A DNA stretch of 64,000 nucleotides from Diplonema papillatum. Its lineage: Eukaryota. Shown here one piece after another: positions 35,900 to 47,652 of this stretch; position 1 is the stretch's first letter; each line of letters begins with the position of its first letter. Position numbers and translations under genes: made by a program. The notes under the pieces are model-generated. The model was not told the origin of the DNA. It searched no databases and saw nothing but the letters and a program-made list of their open reading frames with translations. Location: assembly GCA_030068145.1 (NCBI GenBank), contig JAPJBO010000372.1, positions 77,284-141,283 on the forward strand, written 5' to 3'.

Positions 35900-38410
35900 A
35901 AAGTCCAGGAGTGAACTGTCACTCTGAAAAAGCCGCGAAGGCACATTATTTGCGACATTTTCACAGATTCCTCCCCGAGGTGATCAGACGGCAACCAGCA
36001 CGAATGTAAAGGTTTACATCGCCGGAAAACGTTGTCTGAGTCCCCGTGCATGAGAGGCAGTCTCCTGCCTAAACATTAACCTATTCCGACGAGCCGGGTA
36101 CACATGTCCGGTCTAATCGATTTTCCTTTCCTCTGGTGCTTAGGATGTGCGCCGGGGGCCCAAAAATTCCAAGAAATATATGGAATGGAACGATTGGTGA
36201 AAATCGTCACGCGTGAGGGTTAGATTGCCAGCCGTGACCTGATGATGACAAATAACCGACCCAAGGCATCGGTGGGCATGCCCAGGATGATGTCGACCCT
36301 GTCACAAAACCCCCAAAATTTATCTGCAGGTGCCCCGTCGGAATAGGGTTAAACTAAGATTCCCCCAGGAGCCAAGAAACCTCCTCTCGGGCCCCAACAA
36401 TGCGCTCCACGGGAAAGAAATAGAGCTCTCGCGGACAGGAGCCTGTGATATTCCGCAAGTTGTCCGTCTTCTTTGCGTTTCCGTATTCGTAGCTGTGCTC
36501 GTCTCTCCGAGACATTGCGAAATGCTCTACCGCATAATGAGTGGGTGTGCCACTGTGCTGAAGATTGTTTCTCCGGTGCGTTTCCGTGTCTCCCAAAAAG
36601 AGATCCCTTACACGGGAACCAAACAGGCGGGGGAAAAAAGGGGGAAACTGTACGTGCAACGGAGAGAACTCCAAACGTGGCGGCTACATGGCTTATCAAA
36701 GAAAAGTTGTGGGTGCATCAACGCAAAAACAGTTGTTTTTAAAGGAAAAGTCTAAAGTTTTAACGAAGGTTCCCCCGGAGACTATAAAATCCCGGAGTGA
36801 ACTTCCACTCAGAAACCCTTAACTCTAAAACTGCGAAGGCACATGCTCAAGACTCTTCTCACATGGCGGCAAGGCGTGCACCAGCATCAGTGCACATTGT
36901 CTGCGTCCCTCCAGGGAGTCAAGAAAACTCCCCTCGGGCCCCACGGGTGTCCCCGCGGCGTGAACTTGTGCTCTCGCCAAACGGAAGCCGTTACATGTTC
37001 CCGCATATCATCCGTCTTGTCCACTGTGCTCTTCTTTCCGAGACTCTTCGCAGTGCTCTGAAATTGTAAGCTCCATAATGAGTGGTCCAACACCGTGCTG
37101 AAGGTTTTTCTCTGATACAGTCTGTCTGTCACAGAGATCCCAAACAGGCGGGGTAAACAAAGGAAAATGTCGAAAGACTCATCAACCTCGGTTGATGGTC
37201 GAGATTGGTAGCCACTTTGACCCGTCGGTGGCTCTGCACTACCGCCGAACACGTGAAGCTTAGCTCTCCTCACTTGTGCTCGTATAAACCAGGGAGTAGT
37301 TGCTCACCAAGCCGGATCTCAGCTGCTGCCCACTAGGAAAAAAGGCCAGCGAAAAAAAAAAAAAAAAAAAAGCGAGAGAGCGAAAGGGAAAATAAATAGC
37401 CGAAAGGGCGCCCATCATCAGCTTTTCACTCTGAAACCCGCGCAGGCACATGTTCAAGACACCTTAACAGTTTGCGCCCCAAGATTGTTGTGGCGGCTTT
37501 GCGCGAACACCAGCTAGCTGTGTGACTGGCTTACACCGCCGGTACGCGTTGTCCGTGCCTCCCAGGGAGCCAAGGAAGCACCCCTCGGGCCCCAACATTG
37601 CGCTCCACGGGAAGAAACAGAGCTCTCGTCAAACAGGAGCCTTTGACATTCCCGCAACACGTCCGTCTAATTTGCGTTTCCGTCTTCTTTGCTGTGCTCT
37701 TCTCCCCGAGACATTGCAAAGTGCTCTAAATTTGAAAGCCAGCAAAATGAATTGGACAGCACCGTGCTGAAAGGTTGTTTCATTGTTTTCGGTTGGGAAG
37801 ACGTATGAAAACACGAAAAGCCTCCAGGCAAAACCCCGGCTTCACATTTCTCCAGTGCAGTTTCCGTGTCTCCCCATATACACGGAGCCCAAACACGGGA
37901 ACAAAATAGGCGACTAGAAAGAGATCAACAGCAGCAGGTGCGTCCAACGCAAACAGGGGGTTCCAGATCGCGAAAAACTGCGAAGGCATATTTTCGAGAA
38001 TCGAGACACAAAAAGCGAACCCCGGAATTTCAAGCGAACTTTAACTCTAAAAAGCGAACTTTCACTCTAAAAAAGGAGAAAAAAAGCGCTAAAAATGCGC
38101 CACGAGAGAACCAGCAACATGTGAAAGGTTTACATGTTGTCTGCGTCTCCCACCCTCAGGAAGCCACACGAAACTCCTCTCGGGCCCACGGGGCGTATGT
38201 TTCCCGCGGCAAAAAAAAAGAGCTCTCGCCAAAACGGGAGCCTTTTCGCTTGAAGCGGATTGTCCGCCTCCTTAGTGTTTCCGTCTTCTTTGCCGCGCAC
38301 TTCTCTTCGAGACATTGCAAATGCGTTCTAAACTTGTAAGCCGGGCCGACAGCTGCTTCGCGTAAAGATCCCCGACACGGGAACCAAACAGGCGGAAAAA
38401 AGCGGAAGAA
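35900..38410. repeat. Macrosatellite: 4-5 diverged tandem copies of a unit of about 600 bp
   Basis: Homologous blocks at 36337-36640, 36905-37160, 37545-37800 and 38140-38400 share ...CCAGG.AGCCAAG.AA.C.CCTC.CGGGCCCCA....GCGCTCCACGGGAA.AAA.AGAGCTCTCG...GTCCGTCT..TTTGCGTTTCCGT.TTC.T.GCTGTGCTC.TCTC.CCGAGACATTGC.AA.TGCTCTA...GATCCC..ACACGGGAACCAAACAGGCGG. The ...ACTCTAAAA.GCGAAGGCACAT.. module recurs at 35925, 36820, 37430 and 37970. Confidence 0.8.
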
Positions 38411-38639
38411 AGGTACGAAGCGGGGCTCGGGGCGCGTGGAGTTCGGGGCGCGTAGACCCACGTGGAAATGGAAATCGTGCAAATGGAAACTGCGGAAACC
38501 TTCCATAGATTTTCCGCGTTCCACTGCCCCAGTCAACGCCCCTGTCAAACCTGCTTCGTTCCGCTTTGAACGAAATCCTAGGGGTGGGAGGTGGGGCCGG
38601 CAGTTGCGAATTTGAAAACACAGTGTGGTACCAAGGACA

Positions 38640-38716
38640 ACGCCACGAACGCACAAGAGCCACCCCACACAAGAGCCACCCCACACAAGAGCCACCCCAC
38701 ACAAGAGCCACTCCAC
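38640..38716. repeat. Tandem repeat, 15-bp unit CACACAAGAGCCACC, about 4.5 copies
   Basis: Direct observation. Confidence 0.9.
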
Positions 38717-39169
38717 ACAAAGCACCGGCAGACAAACCTTTGGGCTTTGTGGGGGGAGGGGGTTGTACAGCGAGTGCAATCCCTTTTGACCAAGTAGTTA
38801 GCTCTTGTGCATTCAAAGAAGAAGCCAGGCACCGGGATCTTCCTGACGAACACGCAACCCGGTGAACTTAACCAAGAGTCGAAGATTAGCGTCGAAACTT
38901 CCTGGCTTTTCACGCCGTAGCAGAACGACCACACCCTACCCAATCCCAAGCACCCCCTAAACGCGTTAGGGGACTTCACAAGGTTTCACAACGGAATGAC
39001 ACAACACCCGAAACGAGCAGCACCCTCTCACTTTTCTCAACCCCCCTCCATACTCAAGCCTCTACGGTCAACCGGAGACTTTAAAATACCGACCTTCTAA
39101 TCCACAAATAACGCTAAGAAATTCATGTTGCCGAAAGTCGGCCCCGAGACAGCCGCTGTGAAGAAGAAG

Positions 39170-39335
39170 AAGAGAAAACGAAAAATAAAAAGGCCGCTCC
39201 TGGTCCAGGAACGTGACGGTCAACCACAGCTTGCAAAGCTTGAGTCGGCTACAACCCCGTCCGCTCTGCCCTGTGGCTGACCGTCTCGACGAGCTTGTGT
39301 TGAGCGCGAGCGCCACGCCTTGATGCTTTAGTAGC
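39170..39335. repeat. Repeat family A, copy with the 5' module
   Basis: Shares GGCCGCTCCTGGTCCAGGAACGTGACGGTCAACCACAGCTTGCAAAGCTTGAGTCGG and ...CCGTCTCGACGAGCTTGTGTTGAGCGCGAGCGCCACGCCTTGATGCTTTAG with 17170-17340. Confidence 0.75.
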
Positions 39336-41605
39336 GCCGTGTGGGAAAGAAGAAAAAAGGCGCTAGAAGAACAGGCAGGTCACGGGAGGGTGGGCACCCA
39401 ACCCCGCCGGACCTGGTTGTTGTAGCGGCGGAAACAAAGCTGGTGATGATGTCTTTTCGCGCGAGAGACCGTACGCCTCGAGTGCAACCAGCAGGGAAGA
39501 AATTGTTGTTCTCGCCCAGCGGGCACGGAAATCCTGGTGGTGGGTGTTTTATCATGCTGTGGAATTTCCTCGATAATCGCAAGAATCCGGAAACTCTAGA
39601 TCTCCGGAATATCAAGCGAGCTTTGCTCTAAAATAAATAAAGAAACGTTGACCTTCTTCACTGGTCACCCCCCCTCACGTCCCCACGCACTCCTCGCTCC
39701 GTTTGAACTTCTTATCTCTTGGCTGCGCTCAGCCCGCTAATAGGTGCTACGCGTCACGAGGCATTCAATAGAACACCCAGCTTCGGTTTAATCTCATCGT
39801 TTCGATCCCTGCTTTGGGATTTTTTCCGCCCGGGAAAACCGAGAACATAGGCCTGGTGTCGGCAGCGCTTCACCGGTGACTGCTAGTTCTTTTACCTATT
39901 CCTTTTACTGCCAACATCGGGAATCGGAATATACGCGTGTCAACTGCTTTGTCAGTCAAAAGTGACAAGTGTTGTCACCAGCGCAACACCTGTCACTTTT
40001 CAAACCCTTGTGTTGTTGAAAGGCCAAGGATGCTTAACTTTACTTTAACAGTAGTGCCATCCTTGCCAACGGTTGGCGGCAGGTCATCCACGAGTGAGTT
40101 GACATGCGAAAATACTTCTTTGTGATTTTGTGAAAATGCTCGTTCTTCAGGGCTGGCGGGTTCTTTATAATTGCTTTTGACGTTGTGGCACACCTGTGCG
40201 GCAAGAAGTCCATGCAGGGTGTCCTACGAAAACTTCCCCCCTTTTCTTTTTCCACCCGCTCCCCCCTGTCTCTTCTCTCTTCTTTCCACCGTCTTTCCCT
40301 ATCCGCGTGTTGCCACCTTCTTTTTGACCTCACAATCTTCTTCGACTGCATTCTTGTCCTCGTGTTCTTCTTTCTGTTGGCTTTTTCGCTTTTATCGTCG
40401 CTGGTACCACTGACACGGCGTGAACGCACGGCTTACTCCGGCCACACCAGAAAACAGGTTAGCGATCACTGCCGCTGGACGGCTCCTGCAGTTGCCAGTT
40501 TGCCGAAGCTAGTGGAGGTGGGAGAAAAAATTACCACAGGGACAACTGGCTCGTGGCAGCCAAGCGTTCATAGCGACGTTGCTTTTTTTGATCTCGGCTC
40601 TTCCTAACGTAGACAAGCAGAATTGTCTACGGTTGGATTGTTCACCCACTAACAGGGAACGTGAGCTGGTAAGACCCGAGCAATAGCACCCGTTGTTTTC
40701 TTCCGCTTATTCACCGCCCCACGCGCTCTCTCGAGAAACGAAAAGGATCGCCGTCTTTTCCTTGCCGAGAGGCAAGGACCGTGGCAAGCGTCCCGTCACC
40801 ACCTAGTGCTCTATAGGAGGACAGGGAGGCTCCCCATCGCTGTCTTTCATTGCACGCCCCGCGGGCGGCCCGGAGTCCATCTCCTTCAGGTACACCGCTA
40901 TTAAGACGTTTCCAACCAGTCACCAACTCACTTGCTCTTCGTGGAAGCGTGCGGGCCGTACCACTGTTTCTCCCAATATATATACCGATCAAAGACAGCG
41001 ACGATCAACGGGCACACCCACTTTTTTTGGTGTCGCTGCGCACGCGGCTCGTCAGCGCCTGTCGTGTCACCCCCTTCGCGCGCTTCCCGTTCAGCGGTGT
41101 CTGTAAGCTAGTAGCACAGCTCGTAGTCTACAGCGCGGCGACACTGCTACCCATGACACACGAAACAGTCGAAGCGAATTAGACACACGAAAGGAACAGA
41201 GGAACACGGCGACTAAGGACGGCGTTGTTGGCTTGGCTAGATGGCCAACACGACAATAGGGGGGATCCATCGAGCCCACAGGAGAATCTCCGACGCCCAG
41301 TGAAGGACTCAACTGTGGCATACACGACTGCTCCACAAACATGAAAACCGACGACGAAAAACCGTATTTTGTTAGTTTGTGCGCCCTTCCTTCAAACCTG
41401 CTTTGTTCGTCTACCGGGAGTGAGGATAGTACACTGCCATCGATCGGGGTTTTGACAAGTTGCATTTGTTAGGCACACCAAAAAAGAAAGCACACCCACG
41501 AAATCCGTTTGCATGTCCCGAACACCCGGAGCTTGTTCCTGAAAAGAGCAACGGGAGATAAAGTGACATCCCTCGGAGGAAGGTGCGGGGGTCTGGCTCG
41601 AGACG

Positions 41606-42223
41606 ATGGGCGCCGACCGAGGCCGGTGGGGGGAACTGAGCGCGTGGTGCCTGGAGAGCGGCGAGGGCTGGGATTACAGGAAGGCGGGAGAGGGTGTCGC
41701 GAAGGCCGCCGTCCGCAACGCGTTGGAGGGAGCCGGGCGGCGGGAGAAGGGGAGGAAGTGCTGGTCCAGGGGGGACGGCAGTGCGATGGGAGACTCGCTC
41801 CCGTCGTCGGCCAGGAGCATCGGGAACGCGCGGGCGTCGCTGCCCGGGGCCCGGATCACGGCGGAAGCCGTCTTCAAAGTGCAGGCCCGCCACCGCAGGG
41901 CCGAGGAGCAGTTCCGGAGGGAGAACGAGCAGTTCCTGCAGCGGGAGATCGAGCTGCAGCGGGCGCGGTTGGAGAAGCGGATCGAGGCGTCGCGCGCGCG
42001 GCTGCACCGCAGCCGGTCGCCGCCGATGCCATCTCGAGACTCCGACGACGGCCGCCTGGCGTCGGCGAGGACAGCCGGCGGGGGGCCAGGGCCGCGGGTC
42101 ATCGAGTACCGGAACCACCGCCTGCTGCCCACGGGCAAGATCACCAACCACGCGGGGCCGCCCATCGAGAAGCGGAGGCTGCACGTGGTTCCCAGGACCG
42201 ACCTCATGCCGACGCTGAGGTGA
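41606..42223 (+). CDS. Exon of a hypothetical coiled-coil protein (205 aa ORF) ending at a canonical 5' splice donor
   Basis: True ATG at 41606 with GC3-biased codons. The ORF ends ...CTGAG|GTGAGAGG at 42221, a donor-like site. The segment RRAEEQFRRENEQFLQREIELQRARLEKRIEASRARL is a heptad-like coiled coil. Confidence 0.6.
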   Translation: MGADRGRWGELSAWCLESGEGWDYRKAGEGVAKAAVRNALEGAGRREKGRKCWSRGDGSAMGDSLPSSARSIGNARASLPGARITAEAVFKVQARHRRAEEQFRRENEQFLQREIELQRARLEKRIEASRARLHRSRSPPMPSRDSDDGRLASARTAGGGPGPRVIEYRNHRLLPTGKITNHAGPPIEKRRLHVVPRTDLMPTLR

Positions 42224-42261
42224 GAGGGGAGGCCGCCTCTTTTTTACCCTTCCCGCGTGTG

Positions 42262-42700
42262 AAGAAGACGGGACCAGGGGAGAAGGCAGTGCGACGGCTG
42301 ATTCCCTCGTCATCTGCCAGGAGCATCGGGAACTCGCGGGCGTCGCTGCGGGGCCCGGATCACGGCAAGCCGTCTTCAAAGTGCAAGCCCGCCACCGCAG
42401 GGCCGAGAGCAGTACCGGAGGAAGAACGAGCAGTTCCTGCAGCGGGCGTGGTTGGAGAAGCGGATTGAGGCGTTGCCGATGCCGCCCCGGGGCTCCGACG
42501 ACGGCAGCCGCGGCGTCCGCTTGGCGTCGGCAAGGACCGCCGGCGCGGCGCCAGGGCCGCGGGTCATCGAGTACCGGAACCACCGCCTGCTGCCCACGGG
42601 CAAGATCACCAACCACACGGGGCCGCCCATCGAGAAGCGGAGGCTGCACGTGGTTCCCAGGACCGACCTCATGCCAACGCTGAGGTGAGGAGAGGCCGCC
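42262..42700 (+). pseudogene. Degenerate tandem duplicate of the 3' part of exon 41760-42225 plus its donor and intron start
   Basis: About 85-90% identity to 41760-42260, including the ...ATCGAGTACCGGAACCACCGCCTGCTGCCCACGGGCAAGATCACCAACCAC.CGGGGCCGCCCATCGAGAAGCGGAGGCTGCACGTGGTTCCCAGGACCGACCTCATGCC.ACGCTGAG|GTGAG... junction. Internal deletions break the reading frame. Confidence 0.7.
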
Positions 42701-43702
42701 TCTTTTTTACCCTTCCCACGTGCGAAGAAGACGGGGGAACATGTTGGTACAGAGACACGTTGCTGCATTGCTGCGAGAGGCCTCAGTCAAGGTGAGTGAG
42801 AGAATCAACGAACTTCCGCGCCATTGAGCAATATCACGAACTACTACGCGAAAGTTGCCACGCTTTTCCCCGGACAGACTTCATGCCGGCCGGATGTTTT
42901 CCCGGCATCGACCTGTCTAGTGTTCGTCTGTTCCTTTCCTTCCTCGACTATCGTGTGCACGAAGTCTTCTCATCAACCGTATTCCCGTGTTTTGCACGAC
43001 AGTTTGAGAAACGTGGCTTTGGAGAAGAACATGTGTTCGGGTAGAAGTTGGCTGCTCTCCTCAGTGTCGGGCGAATTGCCAGGTGCATTATTGCACACCA
43101 CGCCCTACGAGCCTACCTAATTGGAGGGATGAGTGCGAGTGCCACCTGCCGAGGGTTTCTCGGATGTTGCCGCAAAGTCGCCACATCCCTGCCTTACTGC
43201 ACCAGCACTTAGGGATACGCTGTGCGCATGGGCGCGTATCCGGCTGTGTTTCACGTAGCAACTCACAACGAAAGACTTCAGCTTTAATCAGTCAAAGTAG
43301 AGAAGAACAAGAAGAAATATCGAAGGGTCACCGGACCTGCGTGTCACGCGTCGGCTTCCACGTTCCTGGTAGCCACAAACCTGTGTCACCCCCTCGCTAG
43401 TCACGGCGGGGCAAACCGCGCCCTTCTATCCTCCTCCCAGGCCACCTCACACACACGAGCCATCAGTTCAAACCCTTTCCAGGGTGTCGATTGCTTCCGA
43501 TGATCTCGTATTGTCGCGTTTGCACACTTTCTTTTTGAGACGTATCTGCTCAAGCTGTGCATTGCCATCGAACTAAATTTGACACACTAAAAGGGACTAT
43601 GCAAATCACTCGCGCAAGGGATTAAGAAGCATTGCCCACCTGACCAAAAATAAATAAACAAGACAAGGTTTAAGAGCCAAATTGCAGTAGAAGCGAGACG
43701 AG

Positions 43703-44119
43703 ATGAAAGTCGTTGACCGAGAAACGAACTCGGTGGCCTTCGAAGATCCCGACGGCGACAAAATAGAGTTCCGCGTCTCGCCCGGCGGGGACCGGCTTGT
43801 GTACAGCGTCAACGGCGCGGAGCGGCCGCCCTCGGCGCACGTCCGCTGGGAGCCCGGGCTGGGCTTGGCCGGCATCGCCCTGCCGGACATCCAGAAGGGC
43901 TTCCCCATCCCCGCCGCGAGCGCCGTCGAAATCCTCGGCGGCGTCAGGTACCTCGCAAACCGGGCGGGCATCAAGTGCGAAATTCCCGACGACGTATGCC
44001 GTATTTTGAGTCATTTTCAGAAGCTCGAGAATTGTTTCCTCATCCTAGGCGATTTCCACTTCCACGGGTCAGTCGGTCCTAAGGCAAGATGTAATTGCTC
44101 GCCTCAAAGCTGCCACTGA
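43703..44119 (+). CDS. Possible coding exon (138 aa ORF, MKVVDRETNSVAFEDPDGDKIEF...), function unknown
   Basis: ATG start, high GC3 in the 43790-43960 stretch, same codon preference as the other host genes. It may continue via GT at about 44060. Confidence 0.35.
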   Translation: MKVVDRETNSVAFEDPDGDKIEFRVSPGGDRLVYSVNGAERPPSAHVRWEPGLGLAGIALPDIQKGFPIPAASAVEILGGVRYLANRAGIKCEIPDDVCRILSHFQKLENCFLILGDFHFHGSVGPKARCNCSPQSCH

Positions 44120-46246
44120 CGAGCTTGCTCGGACGTGCAGGATTGCCGGAAAGGGAATGCGTGAACATTCCGCAACCCGGATGCAGAGATCTGAAGTGGT
44201 GACACGGACGGTGTGTCGCTGACCCTGCGAGTCACGACTTCAATCGAGCAGTGGACCGACGTGGCTCACCATGTTGCGATGCGAAACGGGACGTCGCCAC
44301 CAAAAACATGCTATCATTTCATCCACTGAGTCAAGAAATCAAAGTCATTAAAGCCGCCGAAGCACTCTGGGGGTTTTGGTGGTCTGTGCAGTGCAGGTGA
44401 AGTGTAGCAAGGAGCGGATGTGCTTGTGTACCAGTTGTTTTCTTCTTGCTGTTTTTTTTGCTCCAGGGTTCGGTGTTTTGCCAACAAGGAAGTACACGGC
44501 CAGACAGTTTTCATCCTTCGCGCGAGCCTTTTGCAAAAGCACTGAACCTCTGGGAACAGTCTCCGCCCTTTACGTCGGGCGCTCAAAACCACCAGTCCTG
44601 CAGCAACTCGATTCGTGCTATTGTAAGAAGAATGAAAATAATGCAGGTCGATGTTCCAGATGGCAAATTCGGCCTGCCGAACGAGATCGCCAACCAAATG
44701 CTCAGTTCGAAGGAATCCTCAGCGTAGTCGTCGAACTGCCGAAGCAGCGTACAGGCCGGCCGGTCTTGCTTCGTCTCTCTTTTTACTCTCATGGGGCTGC
44801 TGGTTCCCCCGTCCGGAGTGTCCTATTGTTATGATGGGTCGACCAGGCCCCCAAGCCTGCGCACTCACGGCTACAGGAGAACGATGGCGATACAGCCCTG
44901 CTTCTGGTGCAGCCAGGCCAGGGCTTCAGGGTTTCCACTGACACCGGATCGCAGCAGCAGCAACTGTCGTTGGGGTCAGGGTGAGGCTAAGGAGCCTCCC
45001 TTGCACGTCTCGTTGTCGACTTTCCATCGATCCAACGCTGGACTTCCCTAGTTCCAAACGCCCACCGAAATACTCAAAAGCCACTTTTTTGCTGAAGGTG
45101 TTCCAACAACGGGTGCTTGACCGCCGTTACTGGCAGCCCTTCGGACGCGAGAAGTTTGCACACTCCCAACCCCAGCAATGGGTTCGGCAGGCACCCGATG
45201 AATGAGCCGAGACCAACCGACTTACTCAGTTCTGATGTCGAGATAGGACCTGGTAAGATTTTGGCTTACGGGTCGCGGTCAGTTGCACGATAGATAAGTA
45301 CTCGTCCCACGATGCATCGCATCTGGCTCGGGCGGTGTCCATCGGCATGCCGAAGAACGCGCCACGAAGGTTCCCGCGAAGCTGTCAAAAGGGTTTTCAT
45401 GGATTTGACATCGTTGTTCCATACTGGGCATCGGGGATCGGGCACGTGCGCTCACTTTCGAAAACCGTATCGTTGTGCAGGTCTCCCGGGTGCCTACCTG
45501 TTCTGCAGTTCCGTCTCTCTTGTTGCCCGCCCAGTTGCAGGGCGGCCATCTTCGAGACGTGAGGCCGGTCGCGCTCCCGGCATTCGAAAGAACGGCACGT
45601 GCTTCCGAGCCGCCCGTTTCTGTTCTTGTTTTTTTGTAGACTGGATCCTTCTTTCTTTCTTGTCTTTTTACCGAACCGGCAGCGTTCCTTCTTTTACGTG
45701 TCAACCGCATTGGGAGTAGCACAGCTTGCCGGAGAACATGTCTGGTATCCCGTGTAAACGACTAGTGCGTGCGTACATTACCTCAGTAAAATGTGACCTT
45801 GGTGTCGGTCACATCAGCCGCCACCTTGCTTAGCCAAAGTGAAAGTGTGTTGTTCATCGCCGCGCTCCAACACTACGTTAAGGTGATCAGCGACGGCCCA
45901 CCTGGACTGGTCAGCCCCCCTGGGTCGGTTTCCTGGACACCAGCTCTTTGCGCCACGTGGCCTTTTTTTATGGCAACAAAACGTGTTTGTCATTATTAAC
46001 GAGGGTCGGGCGCCGCGTCTCCTTTTCAGTGTCACAGAGCAAAACAAGCCTGCACATTTCTTCTGTCGCGACGGGAGTACCTGCAACACTTAAACAGGGC
46101 CTTCTGTAAGATACGCAACTCGCTCGGCCCACACAAAAGAAGGAAAAAAAGAGCCAAAAAAAGGTAGCCGCCGGGGGACGGTTTTCGCCCCCGCCCGCCG
46201 CCCTGCTCGTTCCCCGTTGTATGATGGTCGGAGTGCGACCTGGGCA

Positions 46247-46871
46247 ATGACGTCGTTTCCGCGGGTCATGGCAGCGGGGCTGCTGCTGGCGTGGCTGCAC
46301 GGCGCGCGGGCCTGCACGTACTTCGAAGAAAAGACGGCCCTCACCTGCGCGGATAGTCTGACGCCTGGCGCGATGAACGTCGAGTCAGTCGCAGACTGCC
46401 GTAAAGCAGCCGATGCCGTGAATCTCGTCGGCCGCACGACCGGCTTACCCGCTGCAGAGGCCTTGAACAATTGGCCCGGTGGCTGCTACGTCTTCACGCA
46501 GGACAACAACAAGCTGCTTTTCAACTCCCCGCCCGGGGGCACCACGACCGCGTCGTGCGCGCAGTCGGATCTGTACTGCATCTGCCAGACCGTTTCTTGC
46601 GCGAACCCTACCAGCACGCCCCTTACGGGCGCCCCGGCCACGCTGCCGCCCGCCACGGGTGCGCCGAAAACGGGCATCCCGTCGACGGGGGCGCCCGAGA
46701 CGCATGCCCCGCCGCCGGCCACCGAGGCTCCGGCAACGGCGGCACCCCGGACCGCGACGCCAACGGGCGCCCCCGCCACCGCAGCCCCCGCCACCGCAGC
46801 CCCCGCCACGGACACCCCTGCCAGTACCCCTGCTAGTCCTGGTGTTCCGGAGACGCCGGCGCCGACCGGCA

Positions 46872-46902
<31 letters not shown>

Positions 46903-47191
46903 CACCGGCGTCGTGCCCGCCACCGGTGCGCCGCCGGCCACGTCAGAGCCTGGGTCGGCCCCGGGGTCGCCGCCTTCGTCGAGCCCACAGCTCACCCCGC
47001 CGCCGCCGTCCGCCGCCCCCCACGCGACGCAGCCCCATCCGCCAGCGCAGAGCGAGGTGCCCGCCACGCAGGTCTGCTTTTTTACCCTTGCCGTGGATGC
47101 GTGTCACCCGCAGCACACGAAAGAGAACGCTGGCAGCGTGTTTTGGGAGAAGATTAGCCTACCGATCATTAACAGGCTAATCCTCCCCTGA
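46247..47191 (+). CDS. Secreted or surface mucin-like protein: signal peptide, Cys-rich N-terminal domain (possibly PAN/apple-like), then a long Pro/Thr/Ala-rich region with P10
   Basis: The first in-frame ATG is at 46247 (the listed ORF start 46217 is TTG). MTSFPRVMAAGLLLAWLHGARA is a hydrophobic signal-like segment. Seven cysteines lie within 90 aa (...GGCYVFTQDNNKLLFN...C...CIC). Then come the repeats TGAPATLPPATGAPKTGIPSTGAPETHAPPPATEAPATAAP... GC3 is very high. Confidence 0.65.
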
Positions 47192-47224
47192 CACGTCATC
47201 GCGCCTATTCTTTTTCTCTTTGTA

Positions 47225-47350
47225 AACACCACCTGCTTTGTAGGAATTAATTCAGCTGCCAGTTGCGAAAATCTGAAGGGAAGTAATGTAGCCCACACGA
47301 AAGCCAGGCAAATCTGCGTTTCGTGGCGGGCGTCAGCGCTCGCACGAGTG
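47225..47350. repeat. Dispersed repeat family D (CACCTGCTTTGTAGGAA...GCTGCCAG(C/T)TGC(A/G)AAA...GTAGCCCACACG...GTGGCGGGCGT.AGCG.TC); other copies at 34270-34400 and partially at 33150-33200
   Basis: Direct comparison of the three loci. Confidence 0.7.
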
Positions 47351-47652
47351 TCCTGAGAAAAGCCTGCTGCACGGTGGTCGGCATTGCTGCAGAGCCACGC
47401 ATCCTACGGAGGGGGTACGGCACAATATAGTTAGCAGTGCTCCTGCTGGGGAAGCCATTTTGGTCAATCGGTGCCATTCTTTTGTTTGTGCCGAGTTCTA
47501 TCGGGCTGGGCCTGGTTCTTGCCGGGTTTGTGCCTGGTCTTGCCGGGTTTGGGCCAAGTGCACAGCATATACTAAATGTGCTGCACGAAATCTCAGCCCC
47601 ACGCTTTGGATGGACGCATCGCCCTTTATTCCCCACCCACACCCAGGCGCCC

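Noticed and set aside
41411-42768. Antisense and alternate-frame ORFs over gene 41606-42223 (41411-42649 -, 41509-42468 +, 41694-42218 +, 42376-42768 -)
   Set aside because: Same reasoning: GC-rich out-of-frame translations. Only the 41606 frame has an ATG start, coiled-coil sequence and a donor site at its end.
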